From: Gemmatimonadales bacterium
GTDB lineage: Bacteria > Gemmatimonadota > Gemmatimonadetes > Gemmatimonadales > GWC2-71-9
Assembly (NCBI GenBank): GCA_965249575.1
Contig: OZ252244.1
Coordinates: forward strand, 3,040,001-3,104,000
Direction of reading: 5' to 3'
DNA: 64,000 nt
Of this stretch, positions 46,919 to 57,509 are shown in pieces (position 1 is the stretch's first letter; the number at the start of each line of letters is the position of its first letter). The notes under the pieces were generated by a model, which saw nothing but the letters and a program-made list of their open reading frames with translations, made no database searches and was not told where the DNA came from. The position numbers and the translations under genes are program-made.

Positions 46919-48716
46919 CGAACAGCCGGCGGAGCCACCCGCGGGGCCCCGCATGGGCCGGTGGAACGGTCTCGCTTGCCTCATGTTGTTGCATGGCGCT
47001 CGCCAGAAGCGCGCGGTAGGCCCGTGCGTCGGGGAAGCGATCCTCGGGGAACCTTGCTGCCCCCCTAGTCAGGATCTGTGCGAGCGGCGGCGGCACGTGC
47101 GGACAGTCACGACGAATATCGGGCAGTCCCTCTACCGCCTGCCGGGCGGCGATACTCTCGGCAGGTCCACTGCCCCACGGGGCGCGTCCGGTTATGGCGA
47201 AAAAAGTGACCGCCGTCAGGGAGAACAGATCCGTTCGCGCATCGACCGACTCGCCGAGCAGCTGCTCCGGGGATGCGAATTCGGGCGTCCCAGCCTGGCT
47301 TGAGGCGCCTGCGTACCACTCTGATCCTCTGAACGCGAGCGCCAGCCCGAAATCGGCGATCCGGACGCTCCCGTCGGAACCGTCCAAGAGCACGTTCTCG
47401 GGCTTGATGTCCCGATGCACCACATCCCTCTCGTGCGCGTGCGCCAACGCACCTAGGGCTTGATCCAAGAGCCGTGCCGCATCGGTCACCGAGAGAGGTC
47501 CGCCCTCCTGCACTCTGTGAGTCAGGCTATATCCCGGAACGTAGGCCATGGTGTACCAGAACAGGCCGGCCCGCCCATTGATGTCATAAATACTGACGAT
47601 GTTGGGGTGTGACAGGCTGGCGGCGAGCTGGGCCTCGCGGTGGAAGCGCTCGACCACCGCCTGATCGGCAGTGAAATAGGGGTGCAACAGCTTGAGCGCG
47701 ACGTCCCGCTCGAGCCGGAGGTCCCGAACGCGATAGACCCGGCCAAACCCACCCACGCCGAGCTCGTCCAATAGCTCGTAGTCGTCCCCGAGCGCCCGCC
47801 GAAGCCTTTTCTCCCACGAGCGAGCATCCTCCGTTCCGGCCCGTAGGGCAGGAGCCACCGTGATGGGAACGTCGAAATCGCCCAAGTCGGAAGCGAGATC
47901 ATCCCCCATCTCGGCGGCGGTGAGGTATCGCTGTTCTGGTTCGTGATGGAGTGCCCGCATGATGACCCGGTCGACGGCCCTGGGGCACGCGGGCCTGAGC
48001 TCCATTGGCGGCGGGGTGGCCCGCGGGTCCAGTGTCGGGTGCCGACCCGTGATGGCGAAGTAGAGCAGCGCGCCGGCCGTGTAGATGTCACTGGTCGGTT
48101 CGCCTGGCTTCCGCCCGCGCGCTTCCGGTGCCAGATAGGGCAGTCCGGTCTCGATCTGGCTTTCATGCACCAGGGGGAGGCAGGGATTGGCGTATCGCAA
48201 ATCGGTGATGAAGGCACGGTGAGTCCGGTGCAGGAGCAGGGTCTCCGGGAGGATGCGCCGGAGCACGATCCCTTCGGCGTGGGCGTACTCGAGCGCGCCC
48301 AGCAGGTCACGCGCAACGTCCACGACGACAGGGATCGGACGGGGACCGCGCCGCACCGCCTCCGCGAGATTCTCGCCCTCCACCCATTTGCTCAGCCGAT
48401 ACGCCCACTCGCCCTCGTGGCCTGCGGCGTACACCGGCCGAATGGACGGGTGGTCGAGCGCGGCGAGCAGCTCCGTCTCCGCAAGAAACCAGCGCCGACC
48501 CGGCGAGTCGGGCCTCGGGTGAATCCGAAGCGTAACATCACGCTTGAGAATCTCATCGCGCGCGTGAAACAGGATTCGGTCGTCGGCGAGGGCAATGGTG
48601 CGGAGGATCTGCAGGCGCCCTCGGAAGATCCTCTCCGCACGAGTGAAGAGCTCGGCGATCCCCGACCGATCGGGCGGCGGGCGTTGCTGGATGCTCGGTG
48701 CGGAGTCGCCGGTCAC
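46908..48716 (-). CDS. Tandem pseudokinase + Ser/Thr protein kinase (cytoplasmic)
   Basis: C-terminal domain has GVGGFGRV, VALK, HRDIKPEN, DFG and SPE; N-terminal domain has VTLR, LRRILPET, DLR and APE. Probable GTG start at 48716. Confidence 0.88.
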   Translation of the reverse strand: MTGDSAPSIQQRPPPDRSGIAELFTRAERIFRGRLQILRTIALADDRILFHARDEILKRDVTLRIHPRPDSPGRRWFLAETELLAALDHPSIRPVYAAGHEGEWAYRLSKWVEGENLAEAVRRGPRPIPVVVDVARDLLGALEYAHAEGIVLRRILPETLLLHRTHRAFITDLRYANPCLPLVHESQIETGLPYLAPEARGRKPGEPTSDIYTAGALLYFAITGRHPTLDPRATPPPMELRPACPRAVDRVIMRALHHEPEQRYLTAAEMGDDLASDLGDFDVPITVAPALRAGTEDARSWEKRLRRALGDDYELLDELGVGGFGRVYRVRDLRLERDVALKLLHPYFTADQAVVERFHREAQLAASLSHPNIVSIYDINGRAGLFWYTMAYVPGYSLTHRVQEGGPLSVTDAARLLDQALGALAHAHERDVVHRDIKPENVLLDGSDGSVRIADFGLALAFRGSEWYAGASSQAGTPEFASPEQLLGESVDARTDLFSLTAVTFFAITGRAPWGSGPAESIAARQAVEGLPDIRRDCPHVPPPLAQILTRGAARFPEDRFPDARAYRALLASAMQQHEASETVPPAHAGPRGWLRRLFGRG

Positions 48717-48972
48717 GACCAATAATAACGCAATCGCGTGAGACGCCGCGGGGTAGTGCCGGTCGCCGCGGCGAGTGCGGGGAGGGCCGGGTCGCGTGGC
48801 GTATCTGGTCGGACAGGCATGGCCGGCCCATATTGAACGGCTGGTCTCCCCACGCGACGCTCTGTGGACGCGGCGCCGTCGGCGCGTTGCGGAGGAAACC
48901 CCCATACCAGGGCCAACCGACTAGGGAGAGGCTGGAATGAGCGGTTCGCACGACTCGCGGAGGTGTCCCTAA

Positions 48973-50560
48973 ATGCCCTACCTGTTGGTGCGTGACGTTG
49001 GGAGTGGACACACCCGCGAGTTCGAGTTGTCCACTGTGCGATTGGGTCGAGCGCCCGGATGTGAGCTGCTCATCGCCGGCGAGGGAAGTGAGGTGTCCTC
49101 CGCCAACCACGCCCGCCTGTCTTTCCGGGGGGGGCATTGGTGGGTCGAAGATACGGGGAGCCGGAACGGGACCTACCTCGGCGATCGGCGGATCGGGCGG
49201 GGGAGACCGGCTGATGTTGGGGCAGGGGGGACCAGAGCTTCTGGTCGAACACGTGTCGGTTTCCGGTAGAGGACCGGCTCGTGCACCGGAACCGCCCGGC
49301 GACGAGACACCTCCCTCGAAGGAGGCGCTGCCCTCCGAGCCACCGCGGCGGAGCTTCGGGGGCAAAGGCGCGACGGTCTTCTTCCGGAAGGTCGTCGAGA
49401 CCAATCAAAAGAGTGCCGCCCGCCTGCGCTGGGTCGTCTGGTCCTTCGTGCTGATCAGTGTCGTGGCAACAGGGGGCGTGTATTGGTATAGCGAGCAGCG
49501 GGTTCGGGCCACCGAGTTGGCACTCGACGAACAGCGACGGGTCCTGGCGAGCCAGCAACGGGCTGCGGACTCCCTCCAGGTGGCTGCCGCCGAGGACTAT
49601 CGCCGGCTGAGATCGGAGCTGGAGGACGCCCGGAATTCCTCGGCACCGGCGGTGGTGGTCGACAGCTTGCGAACGGCGCTGGTCGAAGCGTCCCTGCGCA
49701 CGGAGGCGCTCGAGGCGGCGCTTTCGCGCGCCGAAAAAGCGCTCGCCGACCAACTCTCGGCGGGGGACTCGCTACGTCGGCACGCCCAGGGCGAGCTCGC
49801 TCGTCTGCGATCCGACCTGAGCCGGGCGACCGAGACCCGCGTGGCGACCGCGCTGCTCGACAGCTTGCGGGGGCCCGTCCGTGCGGCCGAGCAAAAAGCG
49901 GCTGGCGTCGATGCCCAGATCCGGGCAATCAAGGGAGCGAACCTAGCCTCCATCGCCCAGGCGAATCAGCGGGCGGTCGGTCTGGTTACCGCCTTTTTGG
50001 GGACCGAGATCTTCGACGGATCCGGCTTCGCAATCACGAAATCGGGGTACTTCGTCACCAACCGTCATGTCGCACGGCCGGGTGGAGCGATTCCCGACTC
50101 GCTGTACGTTACCATGGCCGACGAGCGGTTCATGAAACGCGCCGACATGGTCGCCTCAGCCCCACCAACCGGCCAGGACCTGGCGGTGCTACGCGTCCGG
50201 TCATACGAGGGGCCTTACGTGCAGCGTCTCGACTGGTCCGGTGCCCAGGCCCGACAGGGCGAGCCGGCAGCGTTAATCGGGTTTCCGGCGGGCATCGCGG
50301 CCGCCCTCGATCAGACCCGGACGGTTCGGACTTCCATGAGCGCGGGCATCTTCAGCAAGGTGACGCCCGAGCTGATCCAGTTCGATGGATTCACCGTCGG
50401 TGGGTCAAGCGGCAGTCCCGTGTTCAACGCCAACGGCGAGGTCGTGGCCATCCATCGCTCCGGGCTACGGGAGGCCGCGGGTCTTGGGTTCGCGGTGCCC
50501 GTCGCGCACCTCACACCACTCCTTCCACCCGACGCCAAGGCCGAGCTCGGCATTCGTTGA
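48973..50560 (+). CDS. FHA domain - TM - coiled coil - trypsin-like serine protease; frameshift near 49195-49205
   Basis: FHA motifs LGR, VSSANHA and SRNGTY; TM WVVWSFVLISVVATGGVYWY; catalytic triad TNRHV, DLAVL and GSSGSP. Confidence 0.85.
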
Positions 50561-53205
50561 GTCAGGTTTTCGTCGTCCCGCACACCCACTGGGATAGGGA
50601 GTGGTACGAGACGGCGCCACGTTTCCGACAGCGCCTGGTTGAAGCCGTCGACGAGCTGATCGAGATCCTCGAGTCGAACTCCGGGTTTCGATGCTTTCTG
50701 CTCGACGGCCAGACGGCGATTCTGCAGGACTATCTCACGGTCCGGCCGGATCAGCGAGAACGCCTTGCCGCGCTAGTAGGCCGTGGTCGAATCCTGATCG
50801 GGCCGTGGTACGTGCTCGCCGACGAACTGCTGTGCCCGGATGAGGTCCTGGTTCGAAATCTCTTCGAGGGGCGGCGCCTCGGCTCGGCCCTCGGCGGTTG
50901 GCTGCCGCTCGGATACAGTCCCGACGCGTTCGGACATCCCGCCGCCCTGCCGACGATACTACAGGGCTTCGGCATCGAGTGCGCGATCGTCTGGCGGGGG
51001 TACGGTGGCGAGCGGGGACAGGGGCTGGATTTGTTTCGCTGGGTGGCACCGGATGGCACCGGCGTCCTAGCTCACCACCTGCCCCCCGGCGGTTACGAGA
51101 TCGGAGCTGGCCTCACCGATGCGGCCGACTCGTTGGCCGCACGCTGGCGCCAGATCGAGCACACGCTGGTACCGCGTGCCGTGAACCCCGCGCTCCTCCT
51201 GATGAGCGGAGCCGACCACCACGCCCCCGCGGCCGAGCTCCCCGATGTCGTGCGAGACCTCGAGGCGATTGCGCCGGCACATTCGTTTCGCCTGGCCTCG
51301 CCGATGGACTATTTCGCGGCGCTTCCCGAAAACGGCGGCGTGCCCGAGGTGCGCGGAGAGCTCCGCTTCTCCTACCGGTACGCGTGGACTCTCCAGGGAG
51401 TCCACTCCACGCGCTCGAACATGAAGGCGGCCGTCGCCGAAGCATCCCAGCTGCTGCTGCGGTGGGCGGAACCGCAGCTCGCGCTCGTTTCCATGAGTGG
51501 GCGAGACCACCGGCCCCTGCTCCAGACCGCGTGGCGCGAGCAACTGCTCAACTACGCCCACGACACCATTGCAGGCTGCTCGGCCGATGAAGTGGCCGCG
51601 GAGTGCCTAGCCAGGACCGCTAGTGCCGCGACACAGGCCAGAGGCCTCCTCGTCGACGCCCTCTACGCCCGATTGGGCCTCGATCGGCGGCGGGCTCGCC
51701 GACAGCCCGCCGCGTGGCGGCCGACCCTAGCTGTGGTCAATCCGTCGCCCTGGGCTCGTTCAGGCGTGCTCGAAGCCACGGTCACCACCTTCGAACGCCA
51801 CGTTCCCGTGGGCCCGCCGGACTCCCGCTCTCCCGGGGAAACGGCTCCCTCGTCGTCAGGGGATCCCCCCCGGCTGGTCGACAGGGCCCGGAACGCGATC
51901 TCACTCCAGGTCCTGGGCTCGTACCCGGCCTACGAGCGCTTGGACAGTCCGGATGCGTATCCCGATCAGGATCTGGTACGGGCTCACCGGGTGGCGTTGT
52001 GGGTGGATGACGTGCCGGCGATGGGTGAGCGCTCACTTACAGTATTGGCTGGTCTGCTAAACCAAGAGCCAAAAAGGTCTTACAGCGCGGTCCGTGCCAG
52101 TGCGGGGGGGGCTGAGTCTGAGCGAGGATCACTTCGCGGACACGATGGAGGTGGCTTCACGTTCGTCGCGGCTGATCCGAGCGTGGGGGCAAAAGCAAGG
52201 TTCGGGCTGGGGCGGATCCAGAGTGAGCGTGACGAAGGCGACACGTACACGTTCCAGCCGTGCGTGGGGGACGACCCCCTAGAGGCCACGTGGGCTCCCG
52301 TACGGGAGGTGTGGGATGGTCCGCTCATCGCCGCAATCTCCCGCGATTTCGAAGTCGACGGCCGGGCTCGGGGCACCGTGTACGCCCGTCTCGACGCGGG
52401 GTCCGAATTGGCCCGCGTGGTCGTTACGGGGTGTAACCTCGCTGGCAACCACCGGCTTCGTATGACGTTCGCGCCCGCTCGCGGTTCGCCCGCTTCTTCG
52501 GTGATCGCGGACATGCAGTATGGGCCGACGAGACGAACGCGAGTCGAGTACCGAAACGCGGATTATCCAAAAGAATGGCCCGCACGGGCGGCCCCGATGC
52601 ATCGCTTCGTGAGCACGCCGGAAATGTCGGTCTTCGCACGCGGCCGTCACGAGTACGAACTGCTCCCGAATGGGGCACTCACCGTCACGCTGCACAGATC
52701 AGTCGGCGAGCTGTCGCGGTCAGATCTTCAGGCGCGCCCGGGGCATGCTGGTTTCCCGGCACTCACACCCGGGGCGCAGGAGATCGGGTCCTTTCGAGTC
52801 GAGCTGGCGTTCGCTGCCAAGGGCGTGCGGGCGGACAGCTCCGTAGCGGAGTGGGACGCGATCGAGCGCCTAGCCGAGGAATTCCACGCACCGTTGGCCG
52901 GGCTGATGATTCGCCACGCGATCGACCCGCCAGCGACAGTCGAGGGCCCCGAGCTCAAGGGCCTGGGGCTCGCGTTCAAATCGCTCAAGCCGCGGGAGAC
53001 CGGAGCGGGGATGACCCTGCGGTTCGCGAACGTCACGCAAGAACGCACCAGCGCCGTGTTGACGTTTCCAGCTCCTATCCGGCGAGCGTTCCGGGCCCGG
53101 CTGGACGAGACACCGCTCGAGCCCGCGGAGTTGTCCGGCGACCGACGTCAAATGGTCGTGGAATGTGGGCCGCGAGAAGTGGTGACCCTCGTCGTCGAGC
53201 CGTAA
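50557..53205 (+). CDS. Glycoside hydrolase family 38 (alpha-mannosidase/MngB-like)
   Basis: HTHWDREWY, LLDGQ, GPWYVLADE, PDAFGH, GADH and HDTIAGCS motifs. Confidence 0.9.
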   Translation: MSQVFVVPHTHWDREWYETAPRFRQRLVEAVDELIEILESNSGFRCFLLDGQTAILQDYLTVRPDQRERLAALVGRGRILIGPWYVLADELLCPDEVLVRNLFEGRRLGSALGGWLPLGYSPDAFGHPAALPTILQGFGIECAIVWRGYGGERGQGLDLFRWVAPDGTGVLAHHLPPGGYEIGAGLTDAADSLAARWRQIEHTLVPRAVNPALLLMSGADHHAPAAELPDVVRDLEAIAPAHSFRLASPMDYFAALPENGGVPEVRGELRFSYRYAWTLQGVHSTRSNMKAAVAEASQLLLRWAEPQLALVSMSGRDHRPLLQTAWREQLLNYAHDTIAGCSADEVAAECLARTASAATQARGLLVDALYARLGLDRRRARRQPAAWRPTLAVVNPSPWARSGVLEATVTTFERHVPVGPPDSRSPGETAPSSSGDPPRLVDRARNAISLQVLGSYPAYERLDSPDAYPDQDLVRAHRVALWVDDVPAMGERSLTVLAGLLNQEPKRSYSAVRASAGGAESERGSLRGHDGGGFTFVAADPSVGAKARFGLGRIQSERDEGDTYTFQPCVGDDPLEATWAPVREVWDGPLIAAISRDFEVDGRARGTVYARLDAGSELARVVVTGCNLAGNHRLRMTFAPARGSPASSVIADMQYGPTRRTRVEYRNADYPKEWPARAAPMHRFVSTPEMSVFARGRHEYELLPNGALTVTLHRSVGELSRSDLQARPGHAGFPALTPGAQEIGSFRVELAFAAKGVRADSSVAEWDAIERLAEEFHAPLAGLMIRHAIDPPATVEGPELKGLGLAFKSLKPRETGAGMTLRFANVTQERTSAVLTFPAPIRRAFRARLDETPLEPAELSGDRRQMVVECGPREVVTLVVEP

Positions 53206-54044
53206 CGGCTGCTGGGGTCGAGGGCGTCGCGGACGCCATCGCCGAGGAGGTTGCAGCCGATCACCGCGAGCACGACGGCCAGCCCGGGGAACGTGGCGAT
53301 CCACGGGGCATTGATCAGGGTCTCACGCCCGGCCGAGATCATGTTGCCCCACGATGGCGCAGGCGGCGGCACGCCCAGTCCCAGAAACGACAGACCGGCC
53401 TCCAGCGAGATCGCATTGCCCACGCCCAAGGCCGTAGCGATCACCACCGGCGTGAGCGCGTTTGGAAGAACGTGTCGCCGGAGCAGGCGGAGTGGCGGCA
53501 GTCCGGCGGCTTGGCCGGCCGTAACGAACGGCCGGGTCAGCACGGTCTTCACCTCCGCCCGAGCCAGCCTCGCGACGCCCATCCAGCCGGTAAAACCCAA
53601 GACGAGGATGACCAAGTGCAGGCTAGGCTCCCAGAGGGCGACCAACGCGAGCAGCAGCACGACTCGTGGGAGGGCGAGCGCGGCGTCGGTGGCCGCCATG
53701 AGCGCCCGTTCGGTCACCCCGCCGGCGACTGCCGCCCCCGCTCCAATCAAGGTGCCGAGCAAGACCGACACGGCCACTGCCAGAAAACCGACTGCCAATG
53801 AGATACGAGCCCCGTACAGGAGCCGCGAGAGCATGTCCCGGCCGAACTGGTCGGTGCCCAGCCAGTGCCGCATCCCATCCGGTCCGGTCGCGAGTGGCGC
53901 GAGCAAGCGGGTTTGAAGCACGTCACGCTGAACGCTCGGGTCTGTTGGCGCGATGGCCGGAGCGAGGAGCGCGAATACGATCAGCGTGCCCAGAATCGCG
54001 AGGCCGGTGACCGAGCGCCCGTCGCGCATCAGGGTCCGTATCAC
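53148..54044 (-). CDS. Opp/Dpp-type ABC permease (OppC-like)
   Basis: HWLGTDQFGRD, RHVLPN and EAGLSFLGLGVPPPAPSWG motifs. Confidence 0.92.
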   Translation of the reverse strand: MIRTLMRDGRSVTGLAILGTLIVFALLAPAIAPTDPSVQRDVLQTRLLAPLATGPDGMRHWLGTDQFGRDMLSRLLYGARISLAVGFLAVAVSVLLGTLIGAGAAVAGGVTERALMAATDAALALPRVVLLLALVALWEPSLHLVILVLGFTGWMGVARLARAEVKTVLTRPFVTAGQAAGLPPLRLLRRHVLPNALTPVVIATALGVGNAISLEAGLSFLGLGVPPPAPSWGNMISAGRETLINAPWIATFPGLAVVLAVIGCNLLGDGVRDALDPSSRYGSTTRVTTSRGPHSTTI

Positions 54045-55038
54045 TGGGGTGGCGGCTCCCGGAGCCGGGGGTCCAGTATCGCATACAGGGCGTCCGCCAA
54101 CGCATTGCCCAGCACGACGAGTAACCCGAAGATGGCGGTGGAGGCCATGAGCAGGGGATAGTCACGCGAGCCAACGGCGCTCACCATCTCTCGTCCCATT
54201 CCGGGCCACGCGAAGATGACTTCGACGAAGACAGTCCCCGAGAACAGCGCCGGCAACGACAGACCCATCAGGGTGATGACCGGAATAAGGGCGTTTCGCA
54301 GGATGTGGCGGAACTCCACCCGAACGGCGGACAGCCCTTTGGCGCGCGCGGTGCGCACGAAATCGAGATTCCGAACGTCGCTGGCCGATCCGCGCACGTA
54401 CCGCGCCGTACCGGCGACTCCAATGGCCGACAGCGTCGCGAGTGGAAGGGCAAGGTGTTTGACGCGGTCGAGGAAGCGACCCCATGGGCTCAAGAAATCG
54501 GCATCCAGGGCGGAGACACCCAGGGCGGGGAATCGAAGGAGGTCGGGCCAGTCAAACCGGGCCGCGCCATAGGAGAACACCATGACGAGCATGAGCGCGA
54601 GCCAATACGCGGGCATGCCGTACACAAATAGGGTCCCGACGGTGATTCCCACGTCGAGCGGCGAGCGCCGTCGCGCTGCCTGCAGCGCCCCACGAGTACA
54701 CCGCCCACATACGTGATGGTCAGCGAGGCGCCCGACAAGAGCAAGGTGTGGGGAAGGGCGTCCAGTATCACGCGCGCCACCGGGCGCTGCTGCGCTAGGC
54801 TCGTGCCCCAGTCGCCGCGCAAGAAATCCGCCAGCCATGTTAGATATCGTACCAACAGCGGACGGTCGAGCCCAAGTGCTCGGCGGGCTGCTGCCAGGTC
54901 ACCGGGTCCCGCGTCGGGGCCAACCCACAGCCGCGCGGGGTCGCCGGGCGCCAGGTTGATGAGCAGGAACGTCACCGACACGACTGCGAGTATCAGCCCG
55001 GCGCCCAACGCGGAGCGCCGCAGGAGGTGTCGCATCAT
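54041..55038 (-). CDS. Opp/Dpp-type ABC permease (OppB-like); frameshift at C4 run 54688-54691
   Basis: APGDP, LGLDRP and GDWGTS in one frame; DFVRTARAKG, HILRNA, EVIFAWPGMG and YAILDPR in the next. Confidence 0.9.
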
Positions 55039-55090
55039 ACGCAACTCTGAGTCCGGAGCGCACCGTTCGTCAAGCGGCCGGCCTCGCGCC

Positions 55091-56653
55091 ATGGCGCTCC
55101 CGCTCGCGGCGATGCTTGGGTTGGCGGCCTGCGGCGAGCCAGCCCGCTTGGGAGGCCCGGCGGTCTTCTTCGCCTCCGGTGCCGATCTCCAGTCGGTCAA
55201 CCCGCTGGTGACGACGCATCCGTTGGCGAAGCAGGTGCAGAAACATGTCCTGCTCATGACCCTGGCGTCCTACGATTCGCTCCTGGAGCCCACCCCGAGA
55301 CTCGCAGATTGGGAGTGGGACTCCGACCGCCGTGCGCTTTCGTTCGCGCTCCGCCGGGACGTCCCGTGGCACGATGGTGTCCCGACCACCGCGTACGATG
55401 TGGCCTGGACGCTGCAAATGGCCCGGGACGCGCGTGTGGCGTATCCTCGGCGGAGCGACCTCGCTGGAATCCAGTCCGTTACGCCGCTGGACTCCTTCAC
55501 GGTTCGCGTCGCGTTCGCGGGCGCCCAGTCGACTTTCCCCGATGTCATGACCGATCTGGCGATTCTCCCCCGCCACCGCTTTCGCGATGTGAGGCCTGGC
55601 GACGTCCGCACGGCTGCGTTCGAACGCCAGCCGGTTGGGAACGGGCCGTTCGCATTCGTGGAGCACCGGCCGAACCAACGCTGGGTCTTCCGGAGGTCCG
55701 AGACGTTTCCGTTGTCCTTGGGACGGCCCTCCATCGAGCGACTGGTTATCGCGATCGTCGACGAGCCGACGACGAAGCTGGCAGCGCTGACGTCAGGAGA
55801 GTTGGACTTCGCAGGGATCAGTCCGGCGCACGCGGGATTCATTCGACAAGACCCCCGGCTCGACGTGATCGAGTATCCGGTGTTGTTCGTGAACGCCCTC
55901 ATCTGGAATCTCCGGAGACCGCCGTTCGACGACCCGGCCGTTCGGAGGGCACTGGGGTTGTCGATCGACCGTGAGCTGATCGTCCGGGCCTACACGCATG
56001 GTTTCGCGGAAGTGGCGGGCGGGCCGGTGGCATCGGAACACCCATGGCACGAGCCGGTCTTTCCTGAGCGATACGACCCGGAAGCTGCCGGAAGCCTGCT
56101 CGACGCTGCGGGCTGGACGGAGAACGAAGACGGCATTCGCGAGCGGGGCGGTCGCACGCTGTCCTTCGATCTCCTCACAGTCGGCAGCGGAGACAACGGG
56201 CTCGAGCAGATGCTCCAGGCCCAACTCCGGGACGTCGGCGCGGACGCGCGCATCCGGCAGCTCGAGCTCGCGACTTTCCTAGCCGTGGCGCAGGGAGTGG
56301 ACCGAGATTTCGATGCGCTCGTGACCGGCATCCCGGGCGATTTGTCCCTCGGCTATGTCGCCGCCATGTTCAATAGTGGGGATCCTGGTCCCCTCGCCTA
56401 TTCCGGCTATCAGAGTGAGGAATTCAACGAAGCGATCGAGTGGTCGAGACGGACCGTTTCAGAGGCGGAACTTCGCGAGGCCTGGGGCCAGGCCCAGCGG
56501 GTGTTAGCGCGGGACAAACCAGTCGCCTGGTTGTATCACTCGCGGGGCGTGCAGGGTGTGAACCGCCGCGTCCGGGGTGTCCGGCTCGACCTTCGTGGAG
56601 AACTTGCCGGGATTGCTCGGTGGTCCGTCGACAGCGAGGAGCAACGGCATTGA
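55091..56653 (+). CDS. ABC substrate-binding lipoprotein, family 5 (OppA/DppA-like)
   Basis: Lipobox LAAC; WHDG.P.TA.DV, PVGNGPF, PFDDPAVRRAL and LLDAAGW motifs. Confidence 0.92.
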   Translation: MALPLAAMLGLAACGEPARLGGPAVFFASGADLQSVNPLVTTHPLAKQVQKHVLLMTLASYDSLLEPTPRLADWEWDSDRRALSFALRRDVPWHDGVPTTAYDVAWTLQMARDARVAYPRRSDLAGIQSVTPLDSFTVRVAFAGAQSTFPDVMTDLAILPRHRFRDVRPGDVRTAAFERQPVGNGPFAFVEHRPNQRWVFRRSETFPLSLGRPSIERLVIAIVDEPTTKLAALTSGELDFAGISPAHAGFIRQDPRLDVIEYPVLFVNALIWNLRRPPFDDPAVRRALGLSIDRELIVRAYTHGFAEVAGGPVASEHPWHEPVFPERYDPEAAGSLLDAAGWTENEDGIRERGGRTLSFDLLTVGSGDNGLEQMLQAQLRDVGADARIRQLELATFLAVAQGVDRDFDALVTGIPGDLSLGYVAAMFNSGDPGPLAYSGYQSEEFNEAIEWSRRTVSEAELREAWGQAQRVLARDKPVAWLYHSRGVQGVNRRVRGVRLDLRGELAGIARWSVDSEEQRH

Positions 56654-57509
56654 GTTGGCATGCGCGGGCCCCCGTGCGGGTGGACTTCGCGGGCGGCTGG
56701 TCGGACGTACCGACCTTCGCCCGACATGAAGGCGGTGGTGTCGTCAACACGGCGGTGGCGCTGTATGTCCACGTCGACGTGTTGGCGGGAGAGCCCGGGG
56801 TGCTCCTCCACGCCGAGGATCTCCAGATCCACGAGCGCATTCGATCTCCGCACGGCATCGTGTATGATGGGAAACTGGATCTCCACAAAGCGGCCATCAA
56901 CATGCTTCCGGTGACCGGCGGGGTTGAAATCATCTCCCGGGCCGACGTGCCGGCTGGGTCTGGACTTGGGGCATCCGGCGCTCTCGACGTGGCGCTCCTT
57001 GCGGCGCTTGCGGCTTGTCGCCGCGAGAGCTTCGGTCCCACAGAGCTTGCGGAGCTGGGGTTTCATCTCGAGGCAACGGAGCTCGGGTTGCTCGGCGGGC
57101 GTCAGGATCAGTACGCGGCGGCGCTTGGCGGCTTCCATGAGTTGTCCTTCAGCGGAGCGGGTGTCGAGGCGGTCCCACTCGCGATCACGGTCGACGCGGC
57201 TCGCGACCTCGAGGGGCACAGCACGCTTGTGTACACGGGTGAGTCGCACTTCTCCTCTCGGACCCACGCAAGGGTGTGGGAGGCCTACGAGTCGGGAGAC
57301 GCCACGGTTGTCGAGGCATTGAAGACGATTCGCGATCTCGCGTCACCGGCGGCCAGCGCGCTGTCGGCCGGGGAATGGGCGCGCCTGGCGGAGGTGGTCG
57401 GGCTGTCGAAGAGGCCGTCACCTCACTCGGCGCGCGCTGTCTCGAATGGGCGTTCGATTTCGAAGGTGTCACGACATGGGAGCGGGAGGGTGCTGGCAGC
57501 GACGCCTGA
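56650..57509 (+). pseudogene. GHMP sugar kinase (HddA-like) with an internal deletion/frameshift near 57400
   Basis: TTG start overlaps the upstream stop; RAPVRVDFAGGWSD, PAGSGLGASG and GRQDQY motifs. The C-terminal GAGGGG loop is absent, and the natural tail AVEEAV...WAFDFEGVTTW* is in another frame. Confidence 0.72.
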
